DNA of 64,000 bases from Paraspadella gotoi (GCA_051294375.1 JBJCIZ010000239.1:7068852-7132851), one strand, 5' to 3'; shown: positions 11,076-25,661, counted from the stretch's first letter. A program made the numbers and translations. Notes: generated by a model not told the origin, from the letters alone.

Positions 11076-13821
11076 CCACAAACGTCGGACCCAGGACAGC
11101 CGGGGCGCCGCATCACCTTCCACCCCCGCCTTGTCTCAACCCCCCCTCGCCCCCCCCCCCTCTTCGCGCGATGAACGAGGTCCGTCGTGGAATTGGGTAA
11201 GCATCCGAGGGTAAGTGTTGGTTCATTCCAACTCGTAAATTAAAAAGGTCTCCTTTTTGTAGTTGGGAGAGAATCGATTTGAGTTTGTCTGGCTTTGTTG
11301 AATATTGAACGAATTTGTGGGGTAAATTGCTATAACGGTATTAAATTGTTATTGTAATAATTGTAATAATTGTAATTCCGCCATCTAATACTTTAGAAAT
11401 TTTTTTTTCAAACAATTGAAACAATATTGATATATTATACATATATATTAAATATTATATATTATATATTAAATTAATGACTAGGGAAAGCCAGTCGCAA
11501 GATAGCTCATTTTTTCTATATTGGTTGTACTAATTTTATATGCAGAGACAACCCCAAATTTCTCCTTGGCAGAATTATGTTTAATTCGTTGGGATCTGGT
11601 TTTAAATTTGAGGTAGAAAATGAATTGTTTAATTTGTTTGTTAACATACAACAACTTTTATTATGAAACAAATTTCGGACGTGTTTCGACTTTAATGTCG
11701 TCCGAAACATGTCCGAAATTTATGTTCATATAAAAGTCGTATGTTAACAACAATTCGTTTTCTACCTAAAAACAAAAACGCAACGAAAAGTAAAGAAAAC
11801 AAAGAATGTTTTTAAAATTTAAATTTAATAAATTTAAATTAAATGACCCCCATCGATTTATTAATACGTAATTTATTAATTTATATTCATCAATGTTTGA
11901 CCGGAGACACTTTTCGGATTGGGTTGGTCCTCGTCAGATGGAACGATTCCGACCAATTGGTTCCCGCCAACGCGCGTCGTCTCCTTTGCAATGGATGCCC
12001 CCCGTTGCAATCGAAATGGTTCAAAGGAAAAATCGCGCTCTTCTGCTTGGGTTGCGGGCTCAAGTTCCAGGTAGCGACTGTATCATCCGAATGGCAATTG
12101 GCGGATCGAGATGGTAGACGGTAATCGGTTAATGGTTATGTTTTCCATGAAAATTGGTACAACCAATATAAAAACATATCCATTCATTTAATAAATAAGC
12201 TATTTGCCCCCTGACTTTGGACAGGCTTTGGTGGTTTAAGGCCTCCATCACTCTTACAAGATAATTACATAGCAGGTCCCTGCAAGCTTTCAATCAAGAC
12301 TCTCTCACAGTCCCGTTTATTCCCTTTTACTGCCAAATAAGGTTTTACCATTTAAGAGTAATTTTTTGAATTTTCATTTCTGTCCATGTTCATACTGTTC
12401 CTACTGGTTTCATACTTAAGTTAACTACGCTGAAAAGACCGTTAACGCCAATCCTTGCTTTGCTTTTATGCTTTGTCACGCATTGCTACGTTAAACTTCA
12501 CGTGGCGTGAAATTAGACGTAGAGTGTCAACAACAAATGGCACGTCTTGCTCCCTGTTCGAATCCCATGTGAATTATTCCATATAATGTTACGTCAAATG
12601 TCACTACTATTGTCACGTATGATGCCCCTTAGCCACCCTACCTCTTCTTTTACCTTCACCCCCAAGTATGTTTTCCTCTAAAACTGCGGGCGCACCCTGG
12701 CGTTGGGGTCGAGGGGACAATTTTTTTAACAATGAGGGAGACATACAATCATATTCCCCTGGGGACAGAAATTGATACACCCCCTGGATTGCATTATATT
12801 TTTTATAGTTTATAATATAGAGAATAAAATTTGATTTATCAATAGTAATATCTATATATGAATTGAAATATTTAAATCAACAATTAGAAGAGAGTTCGAA
12901 TTTGGTTTAGCAACGATTTATTTTAGCAATAATTGGGACATGTTTCGACTTGTATTTCAAATCTCATCAGCAGCCTTAAAATATATTATTTTGAGTACTA
13001 CTTTAAGATAAATAAAATTTTTTTTTTTTTCAAAAATAACCGGAACTCACCGATGCCGAGAGGACAACGACGTCAATTGACTCCGCTCTCCGGCGCCGGA
13101 GGCCGCCGCCGAGAACGCCACCGGCGCCGAGCCACGCCCCTTTCCGGGTTTTGGCCGAGGCGCCGCCGTTGACGTAAATCTCGTCGTAGTCGAACCGAAC
13201 TCTGTTCTCGGCGAGACACTTGTACACGCCGAAGTCCTGGGCGGAGAGATTTTTTTCGAAATTTTATATTAAGTTATTTAGCTAACTTTCGAAACATTCA
13301 TTTAATTTAAAAAAAAACGATAGTAAATTTTGGTGGGTCGAGTCCTTGTAAATGTTTTTAAGTATAAACTTATTTTGATCGTTAAAATAGCCATAGTGAT
13401 GATTTTTTTTTATATCGAATAATTAGACATTGAATGATAAAAATATTGAAAGGTTGGGGCTAAGAAAGTACTTAGTACTTAGTTCTCACCCTCAGCAAAT
13501 TCAAAATCCCACCAGCCCCACCCTATTCCTTTATAACGAATTTCTCGACTCGCGTTTTTTCTGACTATTAAAATCTGCTGCTTAAAAGCATTAAGGTGTT
13601 TCATACAGTTAATTAACCGCACGCTTTTTATACTCTGGCGGTTCAAGCGAAAACACACCCACGTCTCTCTCTCTCTCTCTCTCTCGCTGTCTTTCTCTAT
13701 TTCTCTCTCTCTTTCTGCATAATCGTTTGACTGTTCGAATCTCCTTTTCCTCTTCCTCCTCCTCCTGCCTCCTCCTCCTCCTCCCCGAGATCTTTGATCT
13801 AGTCAAGACTTGAAAGCAATG

Positions 13822-13852
<31 letters not shown>

Positions 13853-14140
13853 CGGATGATGTGAAAAAGATATAAATGCGTAAAAAACAAGAACGGAGAT
13901 TCCAATGTGTATTGCGCCTCAAGGACTTTGTTATTTATGTTCAACACCCATCGCATTGGAGGCGTCTTTTATTCTTATAGGAGTTTAATTAAAACAAAAG
14001 GAGGCGTCTCAGCAGTCGCTTAGTTTCGAGGTTCTCTTCATGTCAGGAAAAAAATAACAAAAGATCTACCAAAGAGCATTATAATGCAAGTGGGACAGAC
14101 AGACAGAAACCGAGAGAGAGAGAGAGAGTGAGAAGAGAGA

Positions 14141-14188
<48 letters not shown>

Positions 14189-15500
14189 TGCAGCGCTCAA
14201 CTCCCTGTTGGTAAGGTTGTCTAGCCTCAGAGTGGGTCCGTGATTCTTTTGGGTAAGGGCGATTGCTTTGAAGGTGGGGCTCGCTCGTTCTCGATCCGCG
14301 GGCGCCGGTCTGTTGGCGCCATCCACCTCTCTGTTTTGGTGGGGGGGGGATTAGACCGTTAGAATGGGGTTGGATGGCGTCGCGGGCTTGAGAATTGGCG
14401 GAAGAATTCAGAGTTGGGGATTAGTTTCTTATTAGTGGAGATTGTTATTGAAAAACATTGAGCGCTTTGCTGTAACCTAATTTATACCTTGTAGATATCA
14501 CGAGGCGAAGCCATTTCGCTATCAAAGGAGAGAATCAACCCAATTCGCATTCATTTTATAAATAAAATAATCAGAGCTCAAACAGAACCAGTTCAGTGAG
14601 ATAGAGCTGTACAAATTTTCAATGATTAGAAATATTAATTCATTTCAAAAATTACAAAATATTTCATCATGTTACCTAATGTCTCCTGGGCAGACTCCTA
14701 AAGTTAAAAGTTTATTTGCGCTTTTATACTTCTTAATATATAAATAGACCAATTGAAATGATTTTTCAACTTTTGAGAATACGGCCAATAACTGAACGAG
14801 AAATAAGTTACAAACCAATCCAAGCAAAGAACCGAGGACGAGATGAGTATTAAAGTAACTAACGAGTTATAACGTTAATGAATTCTATATAAAACCAAAT
14901 ATAATTTCGAAAATTATGAAAAATATTACAAACTATACAATTGAAGCATTTACTTTTTTCCCTTTGTTTTATGATTCCTTTCTAAGTATTTTCTGTTATT
15001 TTATTCTCATTTTTGATATTATTTTTTTAAATTTCTGATTTAGTCAAAGTCTAAGCTTTTAAGTTAATGGTATTGTTTAAATAAAAGGAAAAACACTATG
15101 ACTTATGAACGAAAGAGAAAAACATGAACAACAAGAGAGAAGAGGGAGGAGAGAGAGAGAGCGAGAGAGAGAGAGAGAGAGAGAGAGAGCAGAGAGAGAG
15201 AGAGAGAGAGAGAGAGAAAACGAGAGAGAGAAAGAGAGAGTTTTTATTCGCCGCGAGCAAAGATGAAAACGCGTCTGATGATAATAAATGCAACGAAATT
15301 TTTTCTCTCTCTCTCTCTTTTTCTCTGTCTCTCTCTCTTTTTCTCTTCTCCTCCTTATTCTTTCTTTCTTTCTTTCTTTATTTCTTATTTCTTTATTTCT
15401 TTCTTTCTTTCTTTCTCTTCTTCTCTTTCTACTCACTCTTTCCCTTCTCAGGCCAAAGATGCCGTGAGTTGAAGGAGAGATGGGAAAAAGTAGATGATGA

Positions 15501-15585
<85 letters not shown>

Positions 15586-15825
15586 AGAGAATTAACGAAA
15601 GTGAAAAACTCGATTATGAGTCATCAGGGAAATTTTATTATGTCTTTACACGAAACGATTAATTCCGCTGTCTTTAGCTAAAGCGTAGAAAATATAAATT
15701 CTCCGGCCTCGGCCCCAGGGCGAAGAATTAAGAATTAATTGATATATAACATTAATAAAATACTATATAAAAATGATCTAATTATTCTTTATTTATATTT
15801 TTTCTCTCTCTCTTTCTCTATCTCT

Positions 15826-15867
<42 letters not shown>

Positions 15868-16308
15868 CTCTCTCTCGTCTCTCACTCTCTTCCTCCAAGG
15901 AGACTTTTTTTAGAACCATGGAACGAGCGAAATAACGATCCCAAGTAGACAAAAAAAAGACTGACAGACCAACTGACTCAGTTTCCGAGAAATACAGACT
16001 TTCATTGGGCTAAAAATGACAGAGTGAAGGAGAAATGTAAAGGTGAAGAATGAGTTGATTTTAAAAAAAAATAAAATTTGGATAAATACAGAGAAAGTTA
16101 AACCTTAATAAAAATAAATATAAAATAAAAGTTATTACTTTTTATCGAAAATTAAAGAACGATTATGAAAATATTGGCAAAATAACGAGTATCCGATGAA
16201 AAAAGTTTTAATCGGAAATATAAAGAATCTCATTTTAAACGAAAAAATTTCAATAAAAATATCCTTTTCAAATCCTATCCTCTTGAGCCCGACAACCTTA
16301 AAATTAAT

Positions 16309-16380
<72 letters not shown>

Positions 16381-17021
16381 GAGAGAGCGAGTTTATTCAA
16401 CCTGACGGTTCTTTAAGAGCTTTCAAGCGAGTGACAAAATAAAAATGACAAGGCCCCATAAAGGCGCTGCGAGCGGAGGGCGAAGAAAAAAAAGAACAAC
16501 CCCGCGAATGAACAAAAAAAAATAGGGCGGGGGCATATAAAAATGAGAAGAGAGCATCCGTCGAACGACAAAAGAGGGCGTAGGACGACAAAAGAACAAC
16601 GGGATTTAATAAACGAGAAAAAAACAGACAAAAGGAGCAGCGAGACCGGGTTGACGGCGAGCAGGAAGAGAAAAAAAAATGAAACTGAGAGCGACGAAGG
16701 GGGGGGGGATGGGCACTATTTTATGGAAGCGACCATTTATTCTATCCTTAACCTTAAACATTATCCTTAACTTAGTCACTAATCTTATCCCTGATTTTTA
16801 TTCTTAATCCTAAAACCCTAATCCTCATTTCTTAACCTCAAAGCTTAATCCCTATACCTTAATCCTTGACCTAATTTTAAAACCTAAAAAATAATTTAAT
16901 TATGAATTTTTAACTGAAATCGGATAAACTTTTAGAAAAATTGACCGAAATGAAAGGGGTTAAGGGTAGTTGTTAAACAGAATTTGAGAAGGTTAATTCT
17001 TTGAGATGACGGAAGGAGAGA

Positions 17022-17066
<45 letters not shown>

Positions 17067-17693
17067 GAGAGAAGAGAGAGAAGAGAGAGAAGAGAGAGAG
17101 AGAGAGAAGAGACAGGGGAGGAATGGGATAAAATAGCAAAAGCACTGGATGATTAATGATTGATAGTAAGGGAAATAATTTTGAACATTTTCTGATATTT
17201 TGTAATAAATTTTTATTTAAAATTTTTAATAATATGCTTTTTATTATTTTTAAATATTTGTTTTTATAAATATTATTTTGAGTATAACAATTATTTATTC
17301 ACTTATTCACTTTATTCAACTATTTTTTTATTCTCTTTTTTTGTTTGTTTTTTTTTCTCATTTTGTGGTTGAATTTAGATGAGGAAAAGATTGATTTTTA
17401 TTATAATAATTTTTTTAATATTGTTACATACAATAACATTTTTATTCTTCATCAGTCAAATTGCCTTTACACTAAAAGAATATAAATGCTATTCAAAACC
17501 TGTATGTAACAATATTAATAAAAAATTTGTTGTGAAAAAATCAATCTTTTTCTCATTCTTATTAAACTAACTCATTGCTAATTTATAATCTGAAATTTGC
17601 GTTTTTGGTAAATAGGGCTTTTTTTCTTCATCCTTCTTTCAACGGCTTCCATTTTTTTTCCATCTAAAATTGAAATCGCCTATTCATGGTGTA

Positions 17694-17767
<74 letters not shown>

Positions 17768-17886
17768 ATTCTCTCTCTCCCTCCCTCCCTTTACCTTCAA
17801 CACTAGTTGTGCGTCGGGTCCAATCCACGTAAGTTGGAATGAAGGATTTCCGGTTACTTTGCCATGGAGGATGAGGGTTCGCCGAG
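11076..17886 (-). CDS. Duplicate of Ig-gene exons d (17795-17886), e (14201-14330), f (13051-13236) and g (11076 to about 11190)
   Basis: Identical to the exons listed at +11331. Confidence 0.65.
11487..12217. mobile_element. Inverted-repeat-bounded non-autonomous DNA element (MITE-like) with an internal fold-back at about 11607-11770 (duplicate 22818-23548)
   Basis: Left TATATTGGTTGTACTAATTTT (11517) matches the reverse complement of the right end TATATTGGTTGTACCAATTTT (ending 12170). Outer arms aaagccagtcgcaagatagctcatt and aataagctatttgccccctgacttt also pair. Inner arms aaatttcggacgtgtttcgac / gtccgaaacatgtccgaaattt extend about 80 bp. Confidence 0.65.
12180..12330 (+). repeat. Dispersed repeat family member with motif catagcagg..ctgcaagctttcaatcaa
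   Basis: Related, non-identical sequence at about 37850-38040 (part in opposite orientation) and 40710-40920, which are not the same positions of the duplicated blocks. Confidence 0.65.
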
Positions 17887-18257
17887 CTGAAGGAGGAGGA
17901 GGAGGAAGAGGAAGAGGAGGAGGAGAATAAAAATATAATCCGAGGTGAAAAAAGAGAAATTTTTCTCTCGCTTTTTATTTTATTAAGAATGGCGGGGGGG
18001 GGGAAAAGAAAAAAAGAAAAAGAAAAAAAAGGAAAATGAAAAGAAGAAAAGATAAATCTCCTCTCGACCAAGTTAAGGTTGTTTTAAGCAAATAATGAGA
18101 GGAGAGAAGAGAAAGAGAGATAAGGTATGTAGTATAGAGAGAGCAGAAAGAGAGAGGAGTGAGAGAGAGAGAGACTTTTAAAACGTATTCGCAAAGAAAA
18201 TGGAGAGAAAAATGAAGAATCCTTTAGATGAGGTGAGAAAGAGAGATAGATAGATAG

Positions 18258-18296
<39 letters not shown>

Positions 18297-18473
18297 GAAT
18301 AGTAATAGATAGTAGATAAAGGTAGAAGAGAGAGAGAGGAGAGAGTGGAGAGAGACTTGGAAAATGAAAGAAAGACGGGAAAATATGCTGGGTTGATTTT
18401 GGTGGGTAGCTAGAGGGAGAGATAGAGAGAGAGAGAGGAGAGAGAGAANNNNNNNNNNNNNNNNNNNNNNNNN

Positions 18474-18507
<34 letters not shown>

Positions 18508-19286
18508 GAAAGAAAGAGAGACAGAGAAAGAAAGAGAGAGCGAAAGCAGAAATGGAAAAAAGAAGAAGGGGAGAAAAAAGATATAAATAAATAAATAAAA
18601 TAAATAAAACTTGAGTTTTTGTAGAATATACTGATTTTAATTCACCTTTTAGTTCAATATCTTTTTTTTTATTCGTCAATTTTAAGTCTTTTAAAAATTG
18701 ATGACTTTGTACATTTAATTTTGTTTTTCTTTTCTTTTTTTCTTCTTTTTTTTTACTTATTTTATTCCCTCTTTTTTTATTTCTCCTTAATTCTCCCCCC
18801 TCCCCTTAATATTGACGAATTTCCCTTTCATCTTTTCCGCCGCCGTCGAGATTAAAAGGAATCGCGTTTCAAGAAGGTGAAATCAAAGATGGCGTTGACG
18901 GCGACGGCGGGAGAATAAAAGATGATTATACTTAATGTAGAAGATCTAATTGATTACTTAAGTAGGAGATATTAATTTCATTACTTAATTTGTAGGAGAT
19001 CTAATTGGATTACTAATGTAGGAGATATAATTCATTACTTAATGTAGGAGATCTAATTCATTACTTAATGTAGGAGATTTAATTCATTACTTAATGTGGG
19101 AGATCAATTCATTACTTAATGTAGGAGATCTAATTCATAGATTTTGAAAGACAAGTTTCTTTATTTTGCGCGCCAACCTCATTTATTGTTCAGATTCCTC
19201 ATCCAACATTACTACTCTATGAATCCACCCTTTTGACATCCAGAGAATTACGTTTTCGCTAACATTTTCTCCCTTCTCTCTCTCTC

Positions 19287-19317
<31 letters not shown>

Positions 19318-21084
19318 TCTCTCTCTCTCTCTCTCTCTCTTCTCCTCTCTCTCTCTCCATCCGTCCAAAAAAATGGAATCACGACAAATGGGCTCGACAC
19401 TGAACTGCGGGCGAAATGGATTTCTTTCAAAATTCTTGTTCACTCACAAAAAATTTTTTTTTACCTTTTTCCATCTAAAGTGTCAATTCACGGAAATGGG
19501 CGCCTCAAATTTACGCATCTTAAAAAGGCATTCTCTCAAATTTACGCATCTCAAAATGGCGTTTCTCTCAAATTGACACAGCTCAAAATGGCATTCTTTA
19601 AATTGACGCATCTCAAAAATGGCATTATTTTAAATTTACCCATCTGAAAATGGCGTTATTTCAAATTGACGCATGCTGAAAATGGCATTATCATCAAATC
19701 GACGGCATCTCAAAATGGCGTTCTCTCAAATTGACTCATCTCAAAATAACATTCTCTCAAATTGACACATTCTCAAAATGGCGTTCGCTGAAATTAGCGC
19801 CTCTAAAACTGGAGTATCTCAAACTGACGCATCTCAAAATAGTGTTTTCTCAAATTGACGCATCTCAATCCGCGTGCAGATACGACATTGTTTGACTCAA
19901 ACTTGTTAACTTTTGGTAACCGAACTTTAATACGCCACAAAAAATGTTACCCTTCGTTTTGCGGGAAACGGATGGGGGACCCGGAAGGGAAAATGTCAAA
20001 AATGAAAAAAAAAAAAAAAAAAAAACAGAAAAAACTAAACCAAATTTTCAATAACCACCCCCAGTGCAAAGTGGGGAAAAATGGAAAACGGAAAAATTTA
20101 AAAAATAAATATTTGTAAAACTGACAAAATGTAAAAAAAAATACTTGACATTTTGGCGAAATTAGAAAAAAAAGGAAAGGGGGGAGCAGAGGGGGAGGAG
20201 AGGGGGGAGGAGAGGGAGTGGAGGGGGAGGAGAGAGGAAGAAGAAGAGGAGAGGAGAGAAGAGAGGAGAGGGGAGAGGAGAGAGAGGAGGAGAGAGAGTG
20301 GAGAGGGGTCGAGGGTCGCCGCCCCTTAACTACGAGTAGGAACCAACAAGCGGAAACGAAACTCGATGTGATTTTTTAAAAATATATAAGTCTGACATTC
20401 GAAAGACTGACATTCCGAAGTCTGACATTCCGGACAGGCTGACATTCTGAAGGCTGACATTCCCAAAAGGCTGACATTCCAAAAGCCAGGGTCAACGCGG
20501 GGAGTGGCAGCAGATTTTATAAAAAGTAGTTAATGCTGGGTAGCGACTAGCGAGGCTGTATGTGATTTTATGCTGTCCCCCCTTTCTGGGATGGGGGTGG
20601 CGTCTCTCAGCGATGTCTCATCACTGGCGGCAACGCGACATTTGCTGTCGTCCACCCAATCTGGCACTTGGATCGGCCGGGCGCCTTGGAATGCCGGGCA
20701 GGGGGGGGGTACCACGGGACGGCAGGGCGCCTTGAACGCAAAGCAGGGCACCATGGCCATTTGGGCTTCATTGGACATAAAGATGGTCAGAGATTGCATA
20801 GACACCTTGGCATGGCAAGGATTCTTTGAATGGGCAGGCGCCTCGGACGGCACAGCTTCCTGGAATGGTAAACGCGCCTAGGTATAACAAGGCGCCCGGC
20901 AAAGCAGGGGCGCCTTAGATCAGCAAGGCGCCTCGGGACAGCAAATTTGGCTTTTTTTTTTTGTCGAACAAAGGTCGCGATACTTTTTGTCAATGAATCG
21001 GAATAAAAGCGACTTTGTATGCGGAAGACGAAAAATGGAGATAATTTGTAAGTCTTGGAAGGAGAAAAGAGAGAGGGAGGAGGG

Positions 21085-21125
<41 letters not shown>

Positions 21126-21233
21126 CGAAAGAGAGAGAGAGAGAGGAGGAGAGAGAGAGAGAGAGAGACAGAGATTTAAACGAAGCCCCCGACAAGTAAC
21201 AACACCTGACATGAGAAAAGCGGCAAAAAAAAA

Positions 21234-21275
<42 letters not shown>

Positions 21276-21481
21276 TTGCGAATTTTACGCACAAAGGAGT
21301 CCGTGACAGGAGAAGGCGCTAGTGAAGGGTAGGGTTCGTGAAGCGTGGATCGAGGGGGGGTGGGGGGGGAAGCCATGGTGTCGAATGTCGTCGGGGCAAA
21401 AGGCTAAGTCTGGATTTTTTGAGTGAAGAAGAGAGAGACGGGGAGAAGAGAGAGGAGCGAAGAGAGAGATGACGAGAAGAG

Positions 21482-21537
<56 letters not shown>

Positions 21538-22102
21538 TGTGTCTGGATCCTCCAGTTCACAATGGCACTGATCGTCGTGGTTCTTCACGTTCAAGAGCGA
21601 AGGGTTAATTCGGGAATATTCCTTCTCTTCGGTAACGTTGCTCCTTTGTTTTTTGGTTTTGCTCCTTTGTTTTTTTTTGTTTTGCTCCTTTGTTTTTTTT
21701 GTTTTTTTTGTTTTGCTCTTTTGCTTTTTGTTTGGCTCCTTTTTTTGTTTGCTCCTTTGTTTTTTTTGTTTGCTCCTTTGTTTTATTCTTTATTGTTTTT
21801 GTCTTTTGCCTTTTTTAATATTATCCAATTATTTTATCTAATAAATTTATTATTTATTTTATTTCTCATTATAATTAGTTTTTTTTTGTTTTGTCTTTTT
21901 TTAAATATATTATTATTTTTTTTTTTAATTTTTTTTGGTTATTCTTGATTGCTTTTTTTGTTGACCCGAGATCCATCGATGCCAGCTCTATATTTTGAGC
22001 TTTTAGCCTTTCGACATTTTTGTTTTATTGTTTTAATGTATACTCCTTCTTTAATGTCAATGATATCTTACTGTTATTCTATTCCATCTTAAACGCAGAA
22101 GA

Positions 22103-22185
<83 letters not shown>

Positions 22186-22350
22186 ATAAAGCATTAATGA
22201 GTGTAAGAAAAAAGGTTTATTCGTCCGGAATAGTTCCTTATTACTCATATGAGGTCACCGTTCTCCTTTGATTGGCCAGCCCATGAGCCATTGTGCTGGT
22301 AGACACACCTCTCTATAACGCTCCTCTTTCTCTCTCTCTCTTTCTCTCTC

Positions 22351-22395
<45 letters not shown>

Positions 22396-22406
22396 ACTCG
22401 ACTGAC

Positions 22407-22520
22407 CCACAAACGTCGGACCCAGGACAGCCGGGGCGCCGCATCACCTTCCACCCCCGCCTTGTCTCAACCCCCCCTCGCCCCCCCCCCCTCTTCGCGC
22501 GATGAACGAGGTCCGTCGTG
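22407..22520 (-). CDS. Ig-superfamily gene, putative exon g (B-C strands of a further Ig domain), error-damaged
   Basis: Reads ...VEGDAAPRLSWVRRLW then donor GTCAGT, resembling Ig C-x-V-x-G-x-P-x-P-x-L-x-W. The Cys and acceptor are obscured by G-run noise; start approximate. Confidence 0.4.
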
Positions 22521-24381
22521 GAATTGGGTAAGCATCCGAGGGTAAGTGTTGGTTCATTCCAACTCGTAAATTAAAAAGGTCTCCTTTTTGTAGTTGGGAG
22601 AGAATCGATTTGAGTTTGTCTGGCTTTGTTGAATATTGAACGAATTTGTGGGGTAAATTGCTATAACGGTATTAAATTGTTATTGTAATAATTGTAATAA
22701 TTGTAATTCCGCCATCTAATACTTTAGAAATTTTTTTTTCAAACAATTGAAACAATATTGATATATTATACATATATATTAAATATTATATATTATATAT
22801 TAAATTAATGACTAGGGAAAGCCAGTCGCAAGATAGCTCATTTTTTCTATATTGGTTGTACTAATTTTATATGCAGAGACAACCCCAAATTTCTCCTTGG
22901 CAGAATTATGTTTAATTCGTTGGGATCTGGTTTTAAATTTGAGGTAGAAAATGAATTGTTTAATTTGTTTGTTAACATACAACAACTTTTATTATGAAAC
23001 AAATTTCGGACGTGTTTCGACTTTAATGTCGTCCGAAACATGTCCGAAATTTATGTTCATATAAAAGTCGTATGTTAACAACAATTCGTTTTCTACCTAA
23101 AAACAAAAACGCAACGAAAAGTAAAGAAAACAAAGAATGTTTTTAAAATTTAAATTTAATAAATTTAAATTAAATGACCCCCATCGATTTATTAATACGT
23201 AATTTATTAATTTATATTCATCAATGTTTGACCGGAGACACTTTTCGGATTGGGTTGGTCCTCGTCAGATGGAACGATTCCGACCAATTGGTTCCCGCCA
23301 ACGCGCGTCGTCTCCTTTGCAATGGATGCCCCCCGTTGCAATCGAAATGGTTCAAAGGAAAAATCGCGCTCTTCTGCTTGGGTTGCGGGCTCAAGTTCCA
23401 GGTAGCGACTGTATCATCCGAATGGCAATTGGCGGATCGAGATGGTAGACGGTAATCGGTTAATGGTTATGTTTTCCATGAAAATTGGTACAACCAATAT
23501 AAAAACATATCCATTCATTTAATAAATAAGCTATTTGCCCCCTGACTTTGGACAGGCTTTGGTGGTTTAAGGCCTCCATCACTCTTACAAGATAATTACA
23601 TAGCAGGTCCCTGCAAGCTTTCAATCAAGACTCTCTCACAGTCCCGTTTATTCCCTTTTACTGCCAAATAAGGTTTTACCATTTAAGAGTAATTTTTTGA
23701 ATTTTCATTTCTGTCCATGTTCATACTGTTCCTACTGGTTTCATACTTAAGTTAACTACGCTGAAAAGACCGTTAACGCCAATCCTTGCTTTGCTTTTAT
23801 GCTTTGTCACGCATTGCTACGTTAAACTTCACGTGGCGTGAAATTAGACGTAGAGTGTCAACAACAAATGGCACGTCTTGCTCCCTGTTCGAATCCCATG
23901 TGAATTATTCCATATAATGTTACGTCAAATGTCACTACTATTGTCACGTATGATGCCCCTTAGCCACCCTACCTCTTCTTTTACCTTCACCCCCAAGTAT
24001 GTTTTCCTCTAAAACTGCGGGCGCACCCTGGCGTTGGGGTCGAGGGGACAATTTTTTTAACAATGAGGGAGACATACAATCATATTCCCCTGGGGACAGA
24101 AATTGATACACCCCCTGGATTGCATTATATTTTTTATAGTTTATAATATAGAGAATAAAATTTGATTTATCAATAGTAATATCTATATATGAATTGAAAT
24201 ATTTAAATCAACAATTAGAAGAGAGTTCGAATTTGGTTTAGCAACGATTTATTTTAGCAATAATTGGGACATGTTTCGACTTGTATTTCAAATCTCATCA
24301 GCAGCCTTAAAATATATTATTTTGAGTACTACTTTAAGATAAATAAAATTTTTTTTTTTTTCAAAAATAACCGGAACTCAC

Positions 24382-24567
24382 CGATGCCGAGAGGACAACG
24401 ACGTCAATTGACTCCGCTCTCCGGCGCCGGAGGCCGCCGCCGAGAACGCCACCGGCGCCGAGCCACGCCCCTTTCCGGGTTTTGGCCGAGGCGCCGCCGT
24501 TGACGTAAATCTCGTCGTAGTCGAACCGAACTCTGTTCTCGGCGAGACACTTGTACACGCCGAAGTC
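24382..24567 (-). CDS. Ig-superfamily gene, exon f (F-G strands of Ig2 plus Gly-rich linker)
   Basis: tctctccgcccag|GAC...TCG|gtgagt; 186 nt, open: DFGVYKCLAENRVRFDYDEIYVNGGASAKTRKGAWLGAGGVLGGG... Contains the Ig D-x-G-x-Y-x-C-x-A-x-N motif. Confidence 0.8.
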
Positions 24568-25152
24568 CTGGGCGGAGAGATTTTTTTCGAAATTTTATAT
24601 TAAGTTATTTAGCTAACTTTCGAAACATTCATTTAATTTAAAAAAAAACGATAGTAAATTTTGGTGGGTCGAGTCCTTGTAAATGTTTTTAAGTATAAAC
24701 TTATTTTGATCGTTAAAATAGCCATAGTGATGATTTTTTTTTATATCGAATAATTAGACATTGAATGATAAAAATATTGAAAGGTTGGGGCTAAGAAAGT
24801 ACTTAGTACTTAGTTCTCACCCTCAGCAAATTCAAAATCCCACCAGCCCCACCCTATTCCTTTATAACGAATTTCTCGACTCGCGTTTTTTCTGACTATT
24901 AAAATCTGCTGCTTAAAAGCATTAAGGTGTTTCATACAGTTAATTAACCGCACGCTTTTTATACTCTGGCGGTTCAAGCGAAAACACACCCACGTCTCTC
25001 TCTCTCTCTCTCTCTCGCTGTCTTTCTCTATTTCTCTCTCTCTTTCTGCATAATCGTTTGACTGTTCGAATCTCCTTTTCCTCTTCCTCCTCCTCCTGCC
25101 TCCTCCTCCTCCTCCCCGAGATCTTTGATCTAGTCAAGACTTGAAAGCAATG

Positions 25153-25183
<31 letters not shown>

Positions 25184-25471
25184 CGGATGATGTGAAAAAG
25201 ATATAAATGCGTAAAAAACAAGAACGGAGATTCCAATGTGTATTGCGCCTCAAGGACTTTGTTATTTATGTTCAACACCCATCGCATTGGAGGCGTCTTT
25301 TATTCTTATAGGAGTTTAATTAAAACAAAAGGAGGCGTCTCAGCAGTCGCTTAGTTTCGAGGTTCTCTTCATGTCAGGAAAAAAATAACAAAAGATCTAC
25401 CAAAGAGCATTATAATGCAAGTGGGACAGACAGACAGAAACCGAGAGAGAGAGAGAGAGTGAGAAGAGAGA

Positions 25472-25519
<48 letters not shown>

Positions 25520-25531
25520 TGCAGCGCTCAA

Positions 25532-25661
25532 CTCCCTGTTGGTAAGGTTGTCTAGCCTCAGAGTGGGTCCGTGATTCTTTTGGGTAAGGGCGATTGCTTT
25601 GAAGGTGGGGCTCGCTCGTTCTCGATCCGCGGGCGCCGGTCTGTTGGCGCCATCCACCTCT
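25532..25661 (-). CDS. Ig-superfamily gene, putative exon e (D-E strands of Ig2)
   Basis: Acceptor cccccaccaaaacag; open frame EVDGANRPAPADRERASPTFKAIALTQKNHGPTLRLDNLTNRE. GPTLRLDNLT fits an Ig E strand and would join DFGVYKC. The donor is imperfect (gagttgagc). Confidence 0.55.

Larger units (their letters stand above)
7594..17933 (+). repeat. First copy of an apparently base-identical 10.3 kb direct duplication
   Basis: Every ORF from 7852 to 17930 recurs with identical translation at +11331. Identity starts at attatacttaatg (7594/18925) and ends in an A-run (17933/29264). Confidence 0.98.
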
